A stretch of 54,051 nucleotides of DNA, counting the filler, from Asterionella formosa (lineage: Eukaryota), in assembly GCA_002256025.1 (NCBI GenBank). It is 4 parts of 4 records of this genome, joined end to end, with 100 filler letters (N's around TTAATTAATTAA, not from the genome) between each part and the next. Parts side by side here need not be neighbours in the genome. Positions count along the whole stretch, not along the records: positions 13,546 to 26,989 come from NKIB01006690.1; positions 27,090 to 40,530 come from NKIB01006692.1; 2 more parts are not named here. One strand, given 5' to 3'. Shown here piece by piece: positions 24,029 through 36,280 of the stretch. The notes below the pieces were generated by a model. The model worked only from the letters and a program-made list of their open reading frames with translations, was not told the DNA's origin and did not search any database. Position numbers and translations under genes: made by a program. Position 1 is the stretch's first letter. Each line of letters begins with the position of its first letter.

Positions 24029-25081
24029 ATGGCAATGTATTCAAGGGTTCCTGTGATTCCTTTGATCAAAGACTACAAAGTATTGACTATCAAGACTAAA
24101 ACATTCAGAGTTGCTTGAACCGGTGGAAGGTTTGAATTGTTTGATCAAGATATGATCGATGGAAGCTCGGTGGAAGCATTGTTAATTGGAGTGAGTCAAT
24201 TTCGTGACATGGCTAAAACATGTGCCTTTAGCCCTGCAGATACCTTTTCCTACTTTAAAAGGTGTTTGACCGACATTGCCTTATCGGATTGGTTGATTGT
24301 GGAAGTACACCCAGAAGATCAATCTTACGATAGTTTCGATGAAGCGATGGTTTTATGGTTAGACGATCATTTACCAAACGAGAGTTTTCAACGTCAACGA
24401 CAATGGATGCTACGTTATTTATCTAAACCCTTTTCTATGTTGGTAATGGATTTCGGAGCTCGTATTAAAACTCTAAACAGGCTACTTCAACTAATGCCTC
24501 ATCCAGAAGATCAAAACGGATTGTCAAAAGAAGATATTCGGATTATCATTATCTGTTCTAGTATGCCCAATCAGTGGCAACAAGAGTTTGAATTAAATCA
24601 TGCAAAGACTTCAGACCAATCGATTCGCTCGGTTCTTGCTTACTTCGAGAGTCAACAATCGTTTAAGGACCGAAACAAGAATCTTTCCAGTTTTCAAACA
24701 ATCACACAAAACCGTCTTCGTATTGCTAAAGGCAATCGTGTGGTGCGTCAAGAAAACGAGCGTGTCAGTCGTCAATTCTACAACGATAATTTTACTCCAA
24801 GTGGTCGTGGAAGAGCGCGTGCTATTGTCAATGCAGACGGACGCGCATGGGATCGTCAGGCGACTGTTCGTCATCAAGCTTTACAAGCCAGTCGTACGTA
24901 CCATGATTATCGTGGTCCTTGCCCGGTACATCCTGAAGGTGCACATACTTGGGGCAATTGTTTCCAGAATCCTCATACTCAAGGTGGTCGAGCAGGTCGC
25001 ATGGCTGGTCGTCATAATGGACGTGGCCGTTCCAGTTTCGGTAGACGAGGACATTTTGGTACTACCGGTACAGACACATAA
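24029..25081 (+). mobile_element. Decayed LTR-retrotransposon gag-like ORF (Ty3/Gypsy-like), no pol seen
   Basis: ATG 24029 is in frame with the 314-aa ORF but interrupted by TGA at 24116. Capsid-like segment (QRQWMLRYLSKPFSM..RIKTLNRLL..SMPNQWQQEF), then knuckle-like CPVHPEGAHTWGNC and an RG-rich tail. Confidence 0.6.
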
Positions 25082-26293
25082 GATATCTACCAGTAGCAGA
25101 CTAAAATACTCGGCCAGCACGTACTAGGCAATAGAATACCAAAATGATCACGTGACTACAACAAATACCTGTGCAAATACTATTGACTATAGTAGTCCAT
25201 ATACATAATTCGCGTGCTGGTAGAATTCTTGCATGGTTTGAGGACTGGTTTGGTCTGTATCATTGCATAAGGTGTCTCCTCTTGCAAAAAACATACGTTT
25301 ATGAATTTTCATTTCAGTTGAACTTTTCAAGGAATGAATACACGCCAAGAGAATGGTTAATGTGTTGGAGAAAATAACATTTCCCCAAAGAAGTAGTTTT
25401 GCAGGAACTGTGTAGGAACTTGATCCATCTCCCTTCTCCAAGTTCAGCATAGCAGGCGATATGCACAAAGAAGCATGGCTGAGACTGTCTATTTATAGTA
25501 ACAGAGTGATTCTGGTTTCGTAATTTTCATATCTCATCAGATTCACTTTGTCATCGTACTAGTTCTTTACCTTTGACAACAGGAGCGTATTCTTTGATGT
25601 ACCTGGAATGGTTCAATGGATGGCCGCAGTTGGATTTAGACACAAACCTCGACAAAAGCACTAGTACTTTGTAGATGTTCATGAAAAGCCAGACACTTTG
25701 GCCTATCGACCACCAGCCAGTCTATACTGCAAAAATGCAAGAAGCACAAGTTGAATGCCCATTTATGGATTCAAGTTTCAGTAGTGCAACAATGTAAAAT
25801 ATTAGAAACCGGAAGTCACATTTCCTCTAATTACGGTTTTCATTAGCTATACTAGAGAGGAAGCAATGGTAGAATGGCTACCAAATGGGCGGGGGGGGCA
25901 AACACAGAGAATCCTACTAAGTTTTCTCCCCAATGATCCCAGATCCCAGACCCTTCTTGAATTTCACTTGCTACAGAAAATGGAGAACGGCCGCCATGAT
26001 CTGTTGATTGTTGCTGTATGGCTGGTGCCACTGACCAAGCAAAACCTCCAAAAATCTCAATGACTTGCTTGTTTATTGACTTGAATGCAAAAGGGATCGA
26101 AACCAGTGGAAAAAGCAAAAAGGGTTTGTCCCTACTACACAACAGCATTTGACAACAATAAGTGCTATCAGCCATCTTTGGATCAATCCACAACTGTTAG
26201 AAAAACTGACACATATGTGTTGCTTCTCTCAGGATACTGGTAGTCAAACAGTATTTGTAAGTTACAAACAACAGCAGCATTGTAGCCCATTTA

Positions 26294-26989
26294 TTGATCG
26301 ATACTTTCTTATTTAATCTTCAACTGACACTCACATTATTTTACAGAAATATGCATGAGTTACTTCCTCAATTTGTGGTAAGTGAAGATGGAAGCGAAAT
26401 GCATGTTGTTGTGTAAGCAAAACATGAACAGCTAACAGTGAATTGCTTCTCTTTGTTAGTATGGCTGATTGGAACAACGAAACGGATTCAATAGTATTAG
26501 GAAAATGCGTGAATGCACACTCAGATCCGTCAGGAGTAAATGGAAGAAAGCAGGGGAACAACGGCAAGACAACCAGCACTGCTACAACAACCTTCAGAAT
26601 TGGATTGGGGGGAAGGTGGAAGTGAAAGCGGCACCAACAATCATTGCGATGAGAGCAATTGTAGAACATTCTGTAGCCACTCAAGATATAGAAAGCAACA
26701 TAAAACCATTCTTAAATATAGTTCAAAATTTCGATCAATTTCATCCTATTTTAGACAGTGATATCGATAAGAATTACGATCATCCTAAGATAGATATCTG
26801 ACAAAAGTATACACATCATATGACTATGTTTAACTAATCATATGATGCAATGGTATTATAATTATGATAGTATCATCATAAATCAAGCTCGTTAAAATTT
26901 TACTGGATGATCATAATTGTATGATACATTGATCATATTTTTTATCGAAAAACTATCATATATGTAAAAATCCTGTGCCACTTAGCGTA
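26294..26989 (+). repeat. Dispersed repeat of about 690 bp, copy 1
   Basis: Collinear but diverged match to 27799-28473, from TTGATCGATA to AAAAATCCTGTGCCACTTAGCGTA; ends at the contig edge. Confidence 0.9.
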
Positions 26990-27089
26990 NNNNNNNNNNN
27001 NNNNNNNNNNNNNNNNNNNNNNNNNNNNNNNNNTTAATTAATTAANNNNNNNNNNNNNNNNNNNNNNNNNNNNNNNNNNNNNNNNNNNN
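26990..27089. other. Artificial contig spacer
   Basis: N44-TTAATTAATTAA-N44. Confidence 0.95.
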
Positions 27090-27380
27090 GCAGATTATGG
27101 GTCAAGTCGGTACAGATCAGGCGAATTGGTCGCTTATCAGGGCTTCTTTCCGGACAAAGAGGATCCTTGCCGAATGCTTCAGGCAGATGACAGGCGGGGC
27201 AATGTCGTTGGTTCTTGCCTATGGCCCATTCACTGACAAAATGAAGATCTTGGACCCCACATCATATGACAATGTGAGCCACTTTTGGAAAATGTTGTCA
27301 ATGGTCATTCCCGGTTCGGTTACGCAGCCCCCATTTGTAGCAGCAGGTAACGCAACCAATGTCAGCAAAGGTATAAAGGT

Positions 27381-27780
27381 ATGCCACATCATACCTGTAC
27401 ATTATTGCATACTAATGTCAATTTGTCAACGGTTTGTCAAGAGCCACATTTTGACTACCAGCATACAGAGCTGGTAATCAATGATGTTGACATGTGCCTT
27501 CCTTGGGGATTGGATATGTCCCTCAGTTCTGGTGGGTTCTCCATAAATGTCTGGGATGGAGAGTCATTCGACTGGAACTTTGACTTATATCGAAAAGGTA
27601 AAGCAGCAGAGAATCAACATGCGATGTTACTTTGCATTCCTTTCAAGTACATATTTTTTATGCGGGATGATACTGTTCATGCAGGTGCTATGGACAGACA
27701 ATCACCTCACCAATGAAGCTTTGACACTTCATATGTACTTGTCCCCTGGTTCCACTCCCGAAAAAACTCAGTTGCGATCA
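27381..27780 (+). pseudogene. Broken 2OG-Fe(II) oxygenase-like (DSBH) coding fragment
   Basis: QEPHFDY (HxD) ... FMRDDTVHAGA (distal His), then after a frameshift TNEALTLHMYL. The upstream ORF 27097-27477 is in another frame. Confidence 0.5.
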
Positions 27781-27798
27781 GGAAACGAGCTGCATTAT

Positions 27799-28473
27799 TT
27801 GATCGATATTTTCTCATTCAATCTTCAACTGACACATTCTTTTACAGAAAAATGCATCAGTTACTTTCTCAATTTGTGTTAAGTGAAGATAGAAGCGAAA
27901 TGCATGTTGTTGTGTAAGCAGAACATGAAGAGCTAACAATGAATTGCTTCTCTTTGTTAGTACTATGATTGGGACAACAAAACGGATTAAATAGTTATGG
28001 GAAAATGCGTGAATGCAAACTCAGATCTTTCAGGAGTAAAAGGACCAAGCAGGGGAACGAGGGCAAGGCAACCAGTACAAAAACCTTCAGAATTGGATTG
28101 GGGGAAGGTGGAAGTGAAAGCACCAATCATTGCAATGATGAGAGCATTGTAGACCATTCTGTAGCCACTCAAGATAAAGAAACATAGAACCATTCATAAT
28201 TATATTTCTAAATTTCGATCCATTTCATCCTATTTTAGACAATGATTTCGATGAGTATTACAATCATTTAAGATAGATGTATGACAAAAGTATACACATC
28301 ATAGGCCCATGTTTAACCAATTATATGATGCAATGGTATTAAAACTATGAAAGTATCACCATACTTCAAGCTCAGAAAAAGTTTACTACATGATCATAAC
28401 TATATTATACATTGATCATATTTTTGATCCAAAAACTATCATATATGTAAAAAATCCTGTGCCACTTAGCGTA
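27799..28473 (+). repeat. Dispersed repeat of about 675 bp, copy 2
   Basis: Diverged direct copy of 26294-26989. Confidence 0.9.
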
Positions 28474-28859
28474 CGAAACCCTTGATCCTCTATGCATGAT
28501 GGTTTTTATTTGCAGATGTAGATGTGGGGACAGATTAACTCACCAGTGCCAGATTATGGCATTTACAGCACACATAATTCCCCCACTCTCATTCGAAAGA
28601 GTGTATCCTTCCTTTCCCTGCCTTGCAGCGCCCAAAGTTACCCCATTTGCTGGGTTGATACTGGGTAGGTCAAGATTTTTATACAACCTAGTAGGCTGTC
28701 TGTCAATGCCAGGAAGCGCCACCACCACACACATGGGCTACCCTACTAATACTTGAGTAGTCTTATGATGCTTAATAAATGAAGTTAACTATATTTACAG
28801 CTGCACCATCAACTGAGTCCGTTTCAGCGCCACTTGCCGCTACAACATGCTAGAAGCAC

Positions 28860-29275
28860 ATGAAAGAACCACAGGAGTTGACAAGAAACTCATGGAGACA
28901 GACCAAAATGACTAAAATCCACCCAACAGCATCATTAAATTGAGTAAGGCTTTTGACGATGTCCATGCATCCAAGTCAGATCCAGAAAGACCGTTACCGT
29001 CACACCGTCCCTACATAGTACATACTGACCAACAAACAGATGAAAGAATCACATGACTTGACTAGAAACTGATGGAGACAGACCAGCAGAATGACCAACA
29101 TTCACCCAATAGTAGCATCATTGAATTGAGTAACGCTTTTGATGATGCCCACACATCCAAAGCAGATCCAAACAGAGAATTCTGTCCCACTACAGCTCCA
29201 CAGTACATACTGAACAACAAAAAAGATGAAAGAACCACAAGAATTGACAAGACACTCTTGGTGACAGACCAATCA
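28860..29275 (+). repeat. Degenerate tandem repeat, about 180-186 bp, about 2.2 units
   Basis: ATGAAAGAAyCACA..TTGAC.AGA.ACT..TGG.GACAGACC recurs at about 28860, 29040 and 29226. Confidence 0.8.
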
Positions 29276-29975
29276 AATTACTTAAAAGTTCTCAAATGGC
29301 AAGACAATAGCTGGAGTGGGAATCGCCAAAATACAATCATAGGAAATACCGGTATGTGCAAAATTTATTTCAATGATGGGCAAAAGCGGACCTTTGGCAA
29401 GATTTGATGTGAACATCGTGAATATTTGAAACATATTTCAAATGATGGGCAATAGCCAGCTAAAATTGATATTTTTTGCTTAATGAGTGGGCAGTAGCTA
29501 AGCGAATAGCGCGACAATAACTAGTTTGTAAATTGCCATAACAAACCCTTTTCGGTGGCTACATGCCTTCTCGTACACATATGTCCTCCGCTGGGATGGC
29601 ACTTGTAGGGTGACCTTCTCGCAGCGGCGGGGGCGCCACTCGTAGCTGCGCTCACCCTACCGGTTCTCGTGACACCCAGCCTCGAACAAATGTATGCTCG
29701 CATGCATGAGACCACCTCGGGCTTGTATTGCCTTCAGTATGTATTATGATGACCCTGTTTTATTACGCACTATCTGCTTGACATGGATATATGACGACGA
29801 TGATTTCAGGATCTTTTTGCCCATATTACCGGTAGGCAAGTATGTGATGCTGCTGATGCTTCCTCATTGCATCGCAACTGAACAATTTTATGCATAGCAA
29901 ATGTATTTGTGCTCGCACATGTTGAAGCTTTGAAATTGATTTCTACGGGAACAATCAAGGGTTACAACTTCCCTC

Positions 29976-32354
29976 ATGTGGCGAGCACGATCACGTAGCG
30001 CGTCAACTGCCATAAAGCAATTCGCTCGCAGTCCTCGTCAGCCCTTTGCAGCAGCAGCTGCAGCTGCTGCTTCACTAGTAGCGCTTCACATTTTGGATAC
30101 CCTTTTAAATACAACCAACAACAGCACTGAGGGACAAAGCAGCATTCCAACAGGAGCTGTTGTATCATGTGACGATTCCAAGGGAAATGTTGTGTCCCCT
30201 GGCATCATGAGAAACCTCTCGCGTCTTGCCCGCCACTCCACAGTCCAACGCCTCGAAGCCACGTCCACTGCTGCGTCGCTCTCATCTCGTTACACCATTA
30301 AATGGGGCGTCCCCTTGGGAGAAGGAGCCTTTGGAAAAGTGTACCAGGGAATCGACAACGACACATTAGACCCAATCGCACTCAAGAAGATATCTAAGCA
30401 GCATACATCGAGTGACGCCTTTGCGCGAGAAATGGATGCACTTCTCACTATTCGTGACCAAGGTGGCCATCCAAATATATGCGGACTAAGAGAAAATTTT
30501 GAGGAGCAAGGCCACTATTTAGTAGTTCTTGACTTGGTGGCTGGGGGGGAAATGTTTGATTACCTATGCACCAAGGGGGCCTACAGTGAAGCAGATGCGG
30601 CAAGGTTGATTCGAGAAATTGCAAGTGCACTGGCATTTGTACATGGAATTGGCGTCGTACATGGGGACTTGAAGCCCGAAAATCTCATGCTTAGTACGGA
30701 GAATCCAAGTGACTCTGTCATTCAATTGGTCGACTTTGGATGTGCCCAAGTTTTACGCCACCGAGATTACATGTTCGATTTCAGTTCATCGCGCACTATA
30801 GGCAATACGCCGGCATATAGTCCTCCCGAAGTGTTCCAGAACAAGAAGCTCCGGGTTATGGAACCATCCATGGACATGTGGGCCTTGGGGATTATATTAT
30901 ATATCATGTTAACCGGAGTTCATCCGTTTGATTTACAAGGAAATAGCACGGATAAGGAGATCGAAGAACGGGTACTGGCACGAAAGACGCCACCACTCAT
31001 GTCCAGTCCTATTACAGCGCATCTATCGCCTTCGGCCTTGGATCTCATCTCGAAATTAATGACTTGGAACCCGAAACAGCGTATCACTGCGTTGGAAATG
31101 TTGGAGCATCCATGGGTGCGTGGCGAGACAGCTTCACAAGAGAAAATGGAAGGCTCTGACAAGAAGTTGTCTAAATATCGTGCCTTCAAATCGCGTCTTG
31201 AAGCGGAAGTCTTTGGTGAATTCGTCCACTGGGCTAATGATGATTGCCTTGTTTCGAAGCGCACTTCACTGTTGGAACGGAGCTTTCGAAAGTTTGATCC
31301 CGAGCACAAAGGATACATAACTTCCACTAATCTCAGGCAGTTGACAAAAGACAAATTAAACTCTGATTCCGAAGAGGAAGAAACACGTCTGTCCTTGGCT
31401 GGATTTAGTGATCTTTTGAGTGAAAATATGAAGAATCGATATTTTCCGAAGGGACACATCATATATCGTGAAGGCGAAAGTGGCCATCACATGTATTTTA
31501 TCAATAGCGGGACCATCGAAGTCTCCACCAAAGACGGATCGCTAGCTAAGCGATCTCAAGGTGACTTCTTTGGAGAGGGCGCACTGTTGCATCCTCGCAA
31601 GATTCGATCAGCAACCATCAAATGTGTCACCCCTGTTCATGCAATTGAGATTTCGAGAGAATATTTTGACAAATACCTGGCAACAAGCCAAGCTGAACTG
31701 CATTTGACTATAAAGGAGAAAGACAAGACGAGAAAGCGGAATCGAGCAAAGTCCATTCTTCGATTACAGAACAATATAAAGGATCGCAAAATAAAGAAGG
31801 GAGATTATGCCTTCAAAGTCGGAGATGAAGGCCTTGAGTTATTCATTTTGGAGGAGGGTAAGATCGACATACTCATTGAAGATCACATCGTCTTTTCAAT
31901 CTCTCCGGGGGATATGTTTGGAGAGCACTCGTTGATATTCGGAAAACCTCGTAATACGGCCGCCCTTTGTGTGTCAGACCTATGCAAGATGCACGTCATG
32001 CGAGCTCGAGATTTCTATTCCTTTCTAGATGCCACTCCAACTGTCAAGGAAAGTGTGCGAGATATATGTCTTCGTCGCGAGTTTCAGAAAGCATTAGTAT
32101 TTCGAACCAAAAAACCATTCCCTACCAAGCAATCTGACTTGAAAGAAGCCTTTGATGCAGCTGATGAGGACCTGTCAGGAAAAATCTCGTTGGCCAACAT
32201 AACATCCATGCTAAAGCAAATGGACCCGACACTGACTGTTGAGGAATTGCACGACATATTAGTCTCACTAGACCTTGACGAGACTGGTCAGGTGAGCTTT
32301 GAGGAGTTCAAAAGTATTTTTGGAGTGGACGAAAGACAGGCAAAGGCAATATAG
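29976..32354 (+). CDS. CaMK/CDPK-like Ser/Thr kinase with EF-hands and two cyclic-nucleotide-binding domains, 792 aa
   Basis: LGEGAFGKV, ALK, HGDLKPEN, DFG, YSPPE, DMWALG, HPW. EF-like loop DPEHKGYITSTNL. CNBs FFGEGALL..RSAT and MFGEHSL..PRNT. C-terminal EF loops DEDLSGKISLANI and DLDETGQVSFEEF. Confidence 0.93.
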   Translation: MWRARSRSASTAIKQFARSPRQPFAAAAAAAASLVALHILDTLLNTTNNSTEGQSSIPTGAVVSCDDSKGNVVSPGIMRNLSRLARHSTVQRLEATSTAASLSSRYTIKWGVPLGEGAFGKVYQGIDNDTLDPIALKKISKQHTSSDAFAREMDALLTIRDQGGHPNICGLRENFEEQGHYLVVLDLVAGGEMFDYLCTKGAYSEADAARLIREIASALAFVHGIGVVHGDLKPENLMLSTENPSDSVIQLVDFGCAQVLRHRDYMFDFSSSRTIGNTPAYSPPEVFQNKKLRVMEPSMDMWALGIILYIMLTGVHPFDLQGNSTDKEIEERVLARKTPPLMSSPITAHLSPSALDLISKLMTWNPKQRITALEMLEHPWVRGETASQEKMEGSDKKLSKYRAFKSRLEAEVFGEFVHWANDDCLVSKRTSLLERSFRKFDPEHKGYITSTNLRQLTKDKLNSDSEEEETRLSLAGFSDLLSENMKNRYFPKGHIIYREGESGHHMYFINSGTIEVSTKDGSLAKRSQGDFFGEGALLHPRKIRSATIKCVTPVHAIEISREYFDKYLATSQAELHLTIKEKDKTRKRNRAKSILRLQNNIKDRKIKKGDYAFKVGDEGLELFILEEGKIDILIEDHIVFSISPGDMFGEHSLIFGKPRNTAALCVSDLCKMHVMRARDFYSFLDATPTVKESVRDICLRREFQKALVFRTKKPFPTKQSDLKEAFDAADEDLSGKISLANITSMLKQMDPTLTVEELHDILVSLDLDETGQVSFEEFKSIFGVDERQAKAI

Positions 32355-33041
32355 TTGTTTTGTGTCTCGATAATCAAAAGTGAATCGCGTAAACTACCAA
32401 GTGCTGCTACAAACTACTTGCTCTGTTCCTCCGTAACAAGGGGACAAGATATTCAGAGAAATGATGCGATAGGAGACTACGAAATATAGATTTGGTAATT
32501 CATTTTATATTCAGAAAGATATTCGTTGATTTCCAGTTGATAGTCTGAAGAACCGGTTTAAATATTCTTTATCGATTGATATAAGGTGGGTCAAGATGTA
32601 TACAAAGTAATGCCTGCAGGGTGTTACCAGTTCCAAACATATCGAGGCAGAGGTTGTGAAATAATGTAACATCTGCTGTTACCTGCACAAGTAGAACAAT
32701 AGACTTTAGCCATGCTACAATACCAAATGACATCAAGGCTGAAAATCACCCTGCCGTAAATGTGACCATGCATGCGTTTCATTCCTACATCCTGAAATGG
32801 AAAGAATGTTTCGCCACTTGCTCACTTCACTAGCTAAAAAAGGCCGGAATGAGATTTCTATTGTACGGCTCTACAGTCCATGTTGTTTTCAAAATTTGAC
32901 AATATTCCCAGCTCCTAGAAAGTATTCTGATGTATTCAGCTTTTGGATAATTATTTCGCCTGCCAGCTCTTTCGTTTGGGTGAATTCCTGTCAATTAGTT
33001 TGAAATCGTTTGCGCGAAGGATTTCGAGGCTTGAATACTTT

Positions 33042-35878
33042 CTACGGATCATCGTTACGAATCATCGTAAGAGCAACGATATCTTCCCGAGATTCATCGT
33101 CACTCAACGACTTTAATCTCCTTCTTGCGTCTTGCAGTCTTAGGCTGTCGTCCGTTGCAATTGCCGCCACATCATTGTGCGTGTTACTGACTGAGTTTCC
33201 TACGTTTTCGGTCGGTTCAGGGACCGTGATGCCACTTCTGTCGCCCTTTGCAAGTCTGTCTGCCGTTAACTTCAACAGCTGGGTGATGAATCTATTGCTG
33301 GTCTTCATTAAGGCCGATCGACGACGCCAAACTTTGCTAGTCAAAATAGATGCTAGCTCTACAGCTTCCTGTCGGTCGATAGTCGACAGGTCAAAAGTAG
33401 AGACAATAGATTGCTGCCTGCTGAAGGCTATCAGCTTAGTAGTGGTGTCGACAATCACGTCATCAGCGGCGCTCATTCTTACAAGGGGAGATGTTCTCCA
33501 CAACCCGAGAGGATCCACCAAGGTTCCAAGGATAGTTCGCCCGGAAGGAAGCATACCAGACTGCTCACGTAGTTGAGTCCAAACAGATCTGCTGGTGGAC
33601 GCGACAATCTTGGCAAGCTGCTCCAATAATATGCTTTGAAGGGGCGTTTCTTCTTCTGTAAAAATGAGATCTAAAAGCTGGTCCGCAGCTTGCTCCAATT
33701 GCTGGGTCCGGGACATATTTTCCTTTCCCAACAAGGCCCCAGAAGCAGATGTTGTATAATTACCGAATCCAGTCACAAGCTGTTCCACTCGCCTGTAATC
33801 AACAATTCTTGTGTCAACGTTATACTTCTCAGGTCCAAAGATAAATGTTGAAAGAGCCCCTCCAGTTCGTTCGGATTTATCAGTCAATAGGCGCTTGGAC
33901 ACATACGGGAGACATTCATTAATGATGGAATATTTGGGATCATTTGAGAGTCCAATTCCTTCTAAAACACTGAAGGACTTTGCGATGTAAGCAAAGTATG
34001 GAGGAATTTGAAACAGATTTCCTCTGGTGGCAGTCAGGTCCTGGAGCTGCGTGACAACTTGGTTAACATTTATGGCACCTACGCCTCCACCTGTCGTCCA
34101 TGCTCCGTAGATATCTGCGAGGACTTCAACAACGCCACTATCTTCGATCAAATCAGCTTTATTCGGCGGGATAAATCCTAGCAGGAGCAAGTCTCGTGGG
34201 ATCTCGGCGTAGTCCGCAGATGTCAAGTGAGCCATGTGTTCAATCAAGGTCAATTGCAGGTCTTTATCAAGCGTTGTCACCATCCCCCAATCAAGAATAC
34301 ACAGGCGACCCTCTGGTGTTCGCAATAAGTTTCCGGGGTCTTGAGAGGAGAACAGACATCCATTGTTTTGTTAGTTCCCAAAAAAATTTACATTTCATTA
34401 AGTTGACAGAACCAACTTACGAGGATCACAGTGAAGTAGGCCAGTTTCAAGCATCATTGTCAAGTAAGTGTTCATGGCAATGCTGCAAAGCACAGTCACA
34501 TCATCTTGTGCCGACTTGTCAAGTCGTTCTCCATCCACCCATGCAGTAGTCAAGACTCTTCGCGTCGAGTACTGCTCAATGATATCAGGAGCAAATACCA
34601 CATCCTTCAACGGGGTTGTTTGTATGGATTTCATAAAGGTCTGGGCGTTTTTGGCTTCACTATGATAGTCCAATTCATCCACGAATCCAGTGCCCCATGC
34701 ATCGACTGTCCCAACAGTGTCCGTATTCAAGTTGAAAACCCTCTTTGCAATCGACCCCATTTCCCGTAACAAGTGCATGTCAAGAGCGATTTGTTCCATA
34801 ATATTGGGACGCTGGACCTTGATAGCTACTTGCTCGCCGGTAGACTTGAGGGTGGCCTTGTATACTTGTCCTAATGACGCTGCTGCTACTGGCTTCGCCG
34901 ACACACTGACCACAACATTATCAACTTTGTCGCCCCATTCAGTTTCCAAAATCTGTTTTGCAATGGCAGTATCAAAGGCGGGAACTTGATCCTGGAGCGT
35001 TTGAAGTCCCCGAACATATGCGGGCGACAAGAGATCTGTTCGGATACTAAGCGATTGACCAACCTTAATAAAAGTAGGTCCAAGTTTTGTCAAGACACCT
35101 GCCAACTGCACAGCTCGTTCTTCTGACTTTTGGTCCAGCGATTTACTAAAACAAAAATATGTTGAGTATATTGAGTACGTCTACAGGAATGGCATGTATA
35201 TATATATCCATGATCGCCCAATACTCACTTGAGATAATCCTGCAATAACCCAAGTCCAAACCCAATAGATGTCGTGGCAACATCTAATCCGCGCGCCACA
35301 ACTTTGATTGGGCGCCGATCAAAGTATGCTCGAGCCGAGAATGGGTCATATCGCTGCAACGGATAAGGCTGTAGCGGAGGTGGGCTTTGGCCAGCACTCA
35401 ACAGAGACGACACCGCCGCGTAAGTCACCAATGTGGAGGCCAAAATTACCAACGAAGGTGAGGCACCGTCCAAAGACACGGACGATAGATGTTGCGAAAT
35501 ACTGTTGTAGAGCGGTTGAAAGGAAGGGTGATCCGCAAGATAGGATTGAAGAGCTGCTACCAATATGACCCTCGCCTTTTCGAAAGCTAGCAAGACCGGA
35601 GCATCTACAGAATCTAGTGCTGATTGGAGCTGACTCAAGGTAGATTTCAACTGATTGATTGCTCCAGATAAGGATTCGTGATAGCCTGACGAAAGTTTAG
35701 CATTTATAGGATCAAAAATCGATATCAAAGCACTTGCAACATCCTTCACGATCTCCGGCGTTTGCTGTGCCTGGAGAGAAGTCGAAAGCAAATGTTTCGG
35801 TGAGCTTCTGCCCGGAGCAAACGCCAACCCCTTTCCGCCAAGGAGAAAGAGAAGCGAAAGGCCTCCTAAGATCTTCAT
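33042..35878 (-). CDS. Plastid-targeted ABC1/UbiB (ABC1K) atypical kinase, about 890 aa; exons 35878-35229, 35145-34421, 34339-33042
   Basis: LGPTFIKVGQ, AAASLGQVY, VAIKVQRP, ELDY, spliced LHCDPHPGNLL, ILDWGM. Both introns are GT-AG and restore the frame. N-terminal signal followed by GLAFAP. Confidence 0.92.
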
Positions 35879-36170
35879 GTCTAGATTCCAGCTTGGAGTC
35901 CTTCTTCCTTCTTCTCACTGACGTTGTTTGAGAAATGAAGGATTGATCATCGGTGATACATGGACTTTCCTTTGAATAGTTCGAGGTACCTGGCACCTGG
36001 TAGAGTATATTTGATGATGCAGCACCGGTAACACAAAGAACACAAGCAGAGACGAGCATCATCGAAGCAAAAGCAATACCAGCGCATCAAGTGCATCATT
36101 CATAGATCATACATCATACTACAGGTATGAAAGAATACTGATCAGATCTGACGTAACAGATCAGAGACAC

Positions 36171-36280
36171 TGGAGTACCTAGTACCTGGTACCTGGTACC
36201 AGGTACCTGGTACCAGTGCGTATCAAAGGGCTGATCCATGATGAACTTTCCATGTACCCTGGTACCAGTACCTGGTACTC
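36171..36280. repeat. GGTACC(A/T) palindromic heptamer cluster in a divergent promoter region
   Basis: GTACCTAGTACCTGGTACCTGGTACCAGGTACCTGGTACCAG and CCTGGTACCAGTACCTGGTAC. Confidence 0.85.

Noticed and set aside
3007..35878. A physically linked plastid/Ca2+/cNMP signalling gene cluster
   Set aside because: The genes lie on three separate contigs joined by spacers; no evidence of co-regulation.
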